DNA of 7,344 nucleotides from Snodgrassella gandavensis (GTDB lineage Bacteria; Pseudomonadota; Gammaproteobacteria; Burkholderiales; Neisseriaceae): NCBI RefSeq assembly GCF_914768025.1, contig NZ_CAJZCE010000023.1, positions 1 to 7,344 of the forward strand, read 5' to 3'. Shown piece by piece: positions 5,440 to 7,344 of this stretch (position 1 is its first letter; each line of letters starts with the position of its first letter). The notes under the pieces were generated by a model. It saw only the letters and a program-made list of their open reading frames with translations, ran no database searches and was not told where the DNA came from. The position numbers and the translations under genes were made by a program.

Positions 5440-5745
5440 TTAAATAGGTTTAGAGCTTAATGGCTTCAAACTGATAATCTGGTTTAATGTCTGGTTACCT
5501 TTTTTGACTTGTTGGAAGTCAACATCTACTTCAATAGGTAATTTGCCTTTTAGATGCAATAATTTAATATGTGACTCGGCATTGCCATATTCATACTCTG
5601 CTGAATCTACACCGAATTCGTTAGTTGCACCCTCAAAAACAGGAAGTTGCAACGTCACGCGGCAATAGTCATACTGTGTGCCGTTTTCGGTTTGGCCTTT
5701 ATTCCATTTAACTTTTAGTAACAATGCTTTCATTTTTAATTCCAT
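5440..5745 (-). CDS. Putative ssDNA-binding protein (pV-like), 101 aa, or 97 aa from the second ATG at 5733
   Basis: Function is assigned only from size and position, between rep and the coat gene as in Ff, Pf and CTX-type phages, plus a mixed beta-like composition with no TM segment. The ATG at 5745 overlaps the rep end by 10 nt. The alternative ATG at 5733 starts 2 nt after the rep stop. Confidence 0.5.
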   Translation of the reverse strand: MELKMKALLLKVKWNKGQTENGTQYDYCRVTLQLPVFEGATNEFGVDSAEYEYGNAESHIKLLHLKGKLPIEVDVDFQQVKKGNQTLNQIISLKPLSSKPI

Positions 5746-7097
5746 TCTCTTTTAGGGTTTAAAATCTCATTTGGAGTCATATAAAAACGAGCCTCTTTCC
5801 ATATGTTTTCGTACATAGCGTCTCTATATTCCTCATGCGTCATATGTTTCATTAATTTGGGTTTGGTTTTAGATTCAAATTCATCTCCTATTTTGTCCAG
5901 CAATTCGTCCACTGAATATGCCAACCGCTTATTTTGATGCATAAACGGAACAGTCAAGTTGTTACAAAAATATGCAGCTGTGTCTAACCTCTTTGGTACT
6001 TTTGCAACTGGATTTACTACAAAATCAAACACTTCTTCTTTGGTTAAATTTAATTCGTTATGCAGGTAGTTTAAAAAACCTGACGCCTGCATACTGGCAT
6101 ATTTCTGACAATGCTCAATGCTTACGGTTTCCTGCTTTTTTTTTAGCTCTATTCTCGCCACCTGTTCTTTATGATTTATAAATAATTGTTCGCATATCGG
6201 ATATGCACCAGTCAGATACTGACCGGGATTTATTAATATGTCGTGCGGTATAATTATGTCTTTGTTTTTCAGTTCTAATTCAAAACGCACCCATTTAGAT
6301 TGTTCATCACCCTGTTCTTTGCCTTTTTCATATATGCGGCAATATTTGCTTGATTTGCGTGACCCAATGTACAGGGTTTTGCCCCGATTTGTACCAGACA
6401 ACCAGTCTGAGCCAACACATTCGGCCACTGGCTTTGTATACCGTGATGTAAACAGCCCTGATTCCCAATCTTGCAATGCCTGCTCTGGCGTATACTCACC
6501 CTCAATGAAATCGTGAGCTAAATCGCATCGGGTTATTCTTGCATTCGGCGCGAAGTCTTGCAGGAATTGATATAACCGATGCTCCCAGCCATCTTGCGCA
6601 GCCATCAATCCGGTACCAGTAAAATGAATGCACACTGTTTCTCTTTGCTGTGAACCACCAAAAGCTACATACCCATACGATACGCGTTCATTGCCCATCA
6701 AATAGGACATGCTATAACCATTACGACCTCGAGCAGCAGCAGATAGACCATAACCCATGATTTCATAGATAGTCCCGCTAATTAGCCCGGCAATCTCATC
6801 ATCTGTAATGGCATCCAATGATGGATTAAAAACTAATTCCGGCATAGTCACGGTGAATGCATCTATATGCGCAGCAGTACCAATTCCCTTCTTGACTGGA
6901 ATTTCTTTAATCTGCCCATTTTGCATGACCAGCACGGTTGACAGTGTTGAGCACTGTTCATATCGCCCCGTGTTACTAGTGGGGGCTTCCGTTTGCTGCG
7001 CTGTGTCAAGCTTGCTGCCGCGCTGACGCGCGCCCGCAGCTTTTGCCACAGCTTGCCCGTCAGATACATACCCCATACGCGCGGCATTAACACTCAT
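5736..7097 (-). CDS. Rolling-circle replication initiator, Rep_trans family (RstA/pII functional equivalent), 453 aa from the ATG
   Basis: The track start (7139) is a TTG. The ATG at 7097 has SD GAGGTGG 6 nt upstream. Rep_trans-type motifs are HIDAFTVTMP, NGYSMSY, VAFGGSQQRETVCIHFTGTG, ITRCDLAHDF, TLYIGSRKSSKYCRIYEKGKEQG and WVRFELELKNKD. Confidence 0.92.
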   Translation of the reverse strand: MSVNAARMGYVSDGQAVAKAAGARQRGSKLDTAQQTEAPTSNTGRYEQCSTLSTVLVMQNGQIKEIPVKKGIGTAAHIDAFTVTMPELVFNPSLDAITDDEIAGLISGTIYEIMGYGLSAAARGRNGYSMSYLMGNERVSYGYVAFGGSQQRETVCIHFTGTGLMAAQDGWEHRLYQFLQDFAPNARITRCDLAHDFIEGEYTPEQALQDWESGLFTSRYTKPVAECVGSDWLSGTNRGKTLYIGSRKSSKYCRIYEKGKEQGDEQSKWVRFELELKNKDIIIPHDILINPGQYLTGAYPICEQLFINHKEQVARIELKKKQETVSIEHCQKYASMQASGFLNYLHNELNLTKEEVFDFVVNPVAKVPKRLDTAAYFCNNLTVPFMHQNKRLAYSVDELLDKIGDEFESKTKPKLMKHMTHEEYRDAMYENIWKEARFYMTPNEILNPKREWN

Positions 7098-7344
7098 AAT
7101 TAACCACCTCATAAAGTGGAATACGCAAGTCTTCAGCAATTAACTTAGAGCGCTCACGACAGCAATCTGGTGCTGAAAAACAAAAAACATCCAAACACGC
7201 CCGCCGAGTAGGTGAAAGATAAAGCCTGAAAACACCACAACCTGGCTGCTTATAAAAATGCTCTAATTCCAAGCAAGGATACTCATAATCCTTACAATCC
7301 GAACCCACAGCCTCTAACGACTTGTCAAGATTTTTTTCGCACAT
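7087..7344 (-). CDS. Hypothetical Cys-rich protein of at least 85 aa (the start coincides with the window edge and may be incomplete)
   Basis: Nine Cys in 85 residues (MCEKNLDKSLEAVGSDCKDYEYPCLELEHFYKQPGCGVFRLYLSPTRRACLDVFCFSAPDCCRERSKL...). Its last codons contain the rep SD and overlap the rep ATG by 11 nt, which argues for co-translation. I recognise no family. Confidence 0.5.
   Translation of the reverse strand: MCEKNLDKSLEAVGSDCKDYEYPCLELEHFYKQPGCGVFRLYLSPTRRACLDVFCFSAPDCCRERSKLIAEDLRIPLYEVVNYEC

Larger units (their letters stand above)
110..7344 (-). mobile_element. Filamentous (inovirus-like) prophage with a terminal IS110-family recombinase; left junction near nt 110, right end beyond the window
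   Basis: Canonical inovirus gene order (rep, ssb, coat, minor coats, pIII, pVI, pI/Zot), all on one strand and tightly coupled. It abuts a truncated IS3 transposase fragment. It is unresolved whether 110..~1350 is part of the phage or a separate IS. Confidence 0.8.

Noticed and set aside
158-7026. Remaining + strand and nested ORFs in the track (158..352, 214..405, 616..891, 965..1147, 2860..3147, 3599..3811, 5972..6181, 6238..6516, 6275..6505, 6808..7026, 6863..7093)
   Set aside because: All lie antisense to, or out of frame within, strongly supported genes. They have odd, low-complexity or Ser/Leu/Pro-rich compositions and no recognisable motifs or ribosome-binding sites.
1144-7139. Longer N-terminal extensions given by the ORF track (starts at 1171, 4728 and 7139)
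   Set aside because: All three are TTG codons without an SD. The downstream ATGs give canonical N-termini: MTYVGIDVSK for IS110, an MKR… signal peptide for pIII, and an SD-preceded ATG for Rep.

Overview
The window is almost entirely an integrated filamentous-phage (Inoviridae-like) genome, with every phage gene on the - strand. Read right to left: a Cys-rich small ORF (touches the window edge), a Rep_trans/RstA-type rolling-circle initiator, a ~100-aa putative ssDNA-binding protein, a 62-aa major coat precursor, small membrane ORFs of 93, 42 and 22 aa (the last two are missing from the ORF track), a 541-aa pIII-like adsorption protein, a 93-aa protein in the pVI/Ace position, a Zot/pI-like assembly ATPase, a 56-aa membrane ORF (also not in the track), a ~350-nt structured non-coding region, and an IS110/Piv-family DEDD recombinase. 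Left of about nt 110, a + strand IS3-family transposase fragment stops abruptly, so the element sits inside another IS. I see no secretin (pIV), tyrosine or serine integrase, tRNA, rRNA or CRISPR. The main lead is the recombinase module. Its 5' leader holds an exact 11-nt copy of the junction sequence, and 4 nt away a 10-nt segment complementary to the adjacent flank. That strand logic and order are what bridge/seek-RNA guides of IS110-family elements would show. The element end also carries an outward-facing TTGACA placed to form a circle-junction promoter. The window cannot tell whether the recombinase is the phage's own integration module (as in Neisseria Nf/MDA phages) or a separate ~1.24-kb IS at the prophage end. 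Secondary leads are a dnaX-type A_AAA_AAG slippery site and a GC-rich repeat island inside rep, two strong intergenic hairpins, and a chain of translationally coupled micro-ORFs. All protein family calls rest on motifs read by eye, with no database search.
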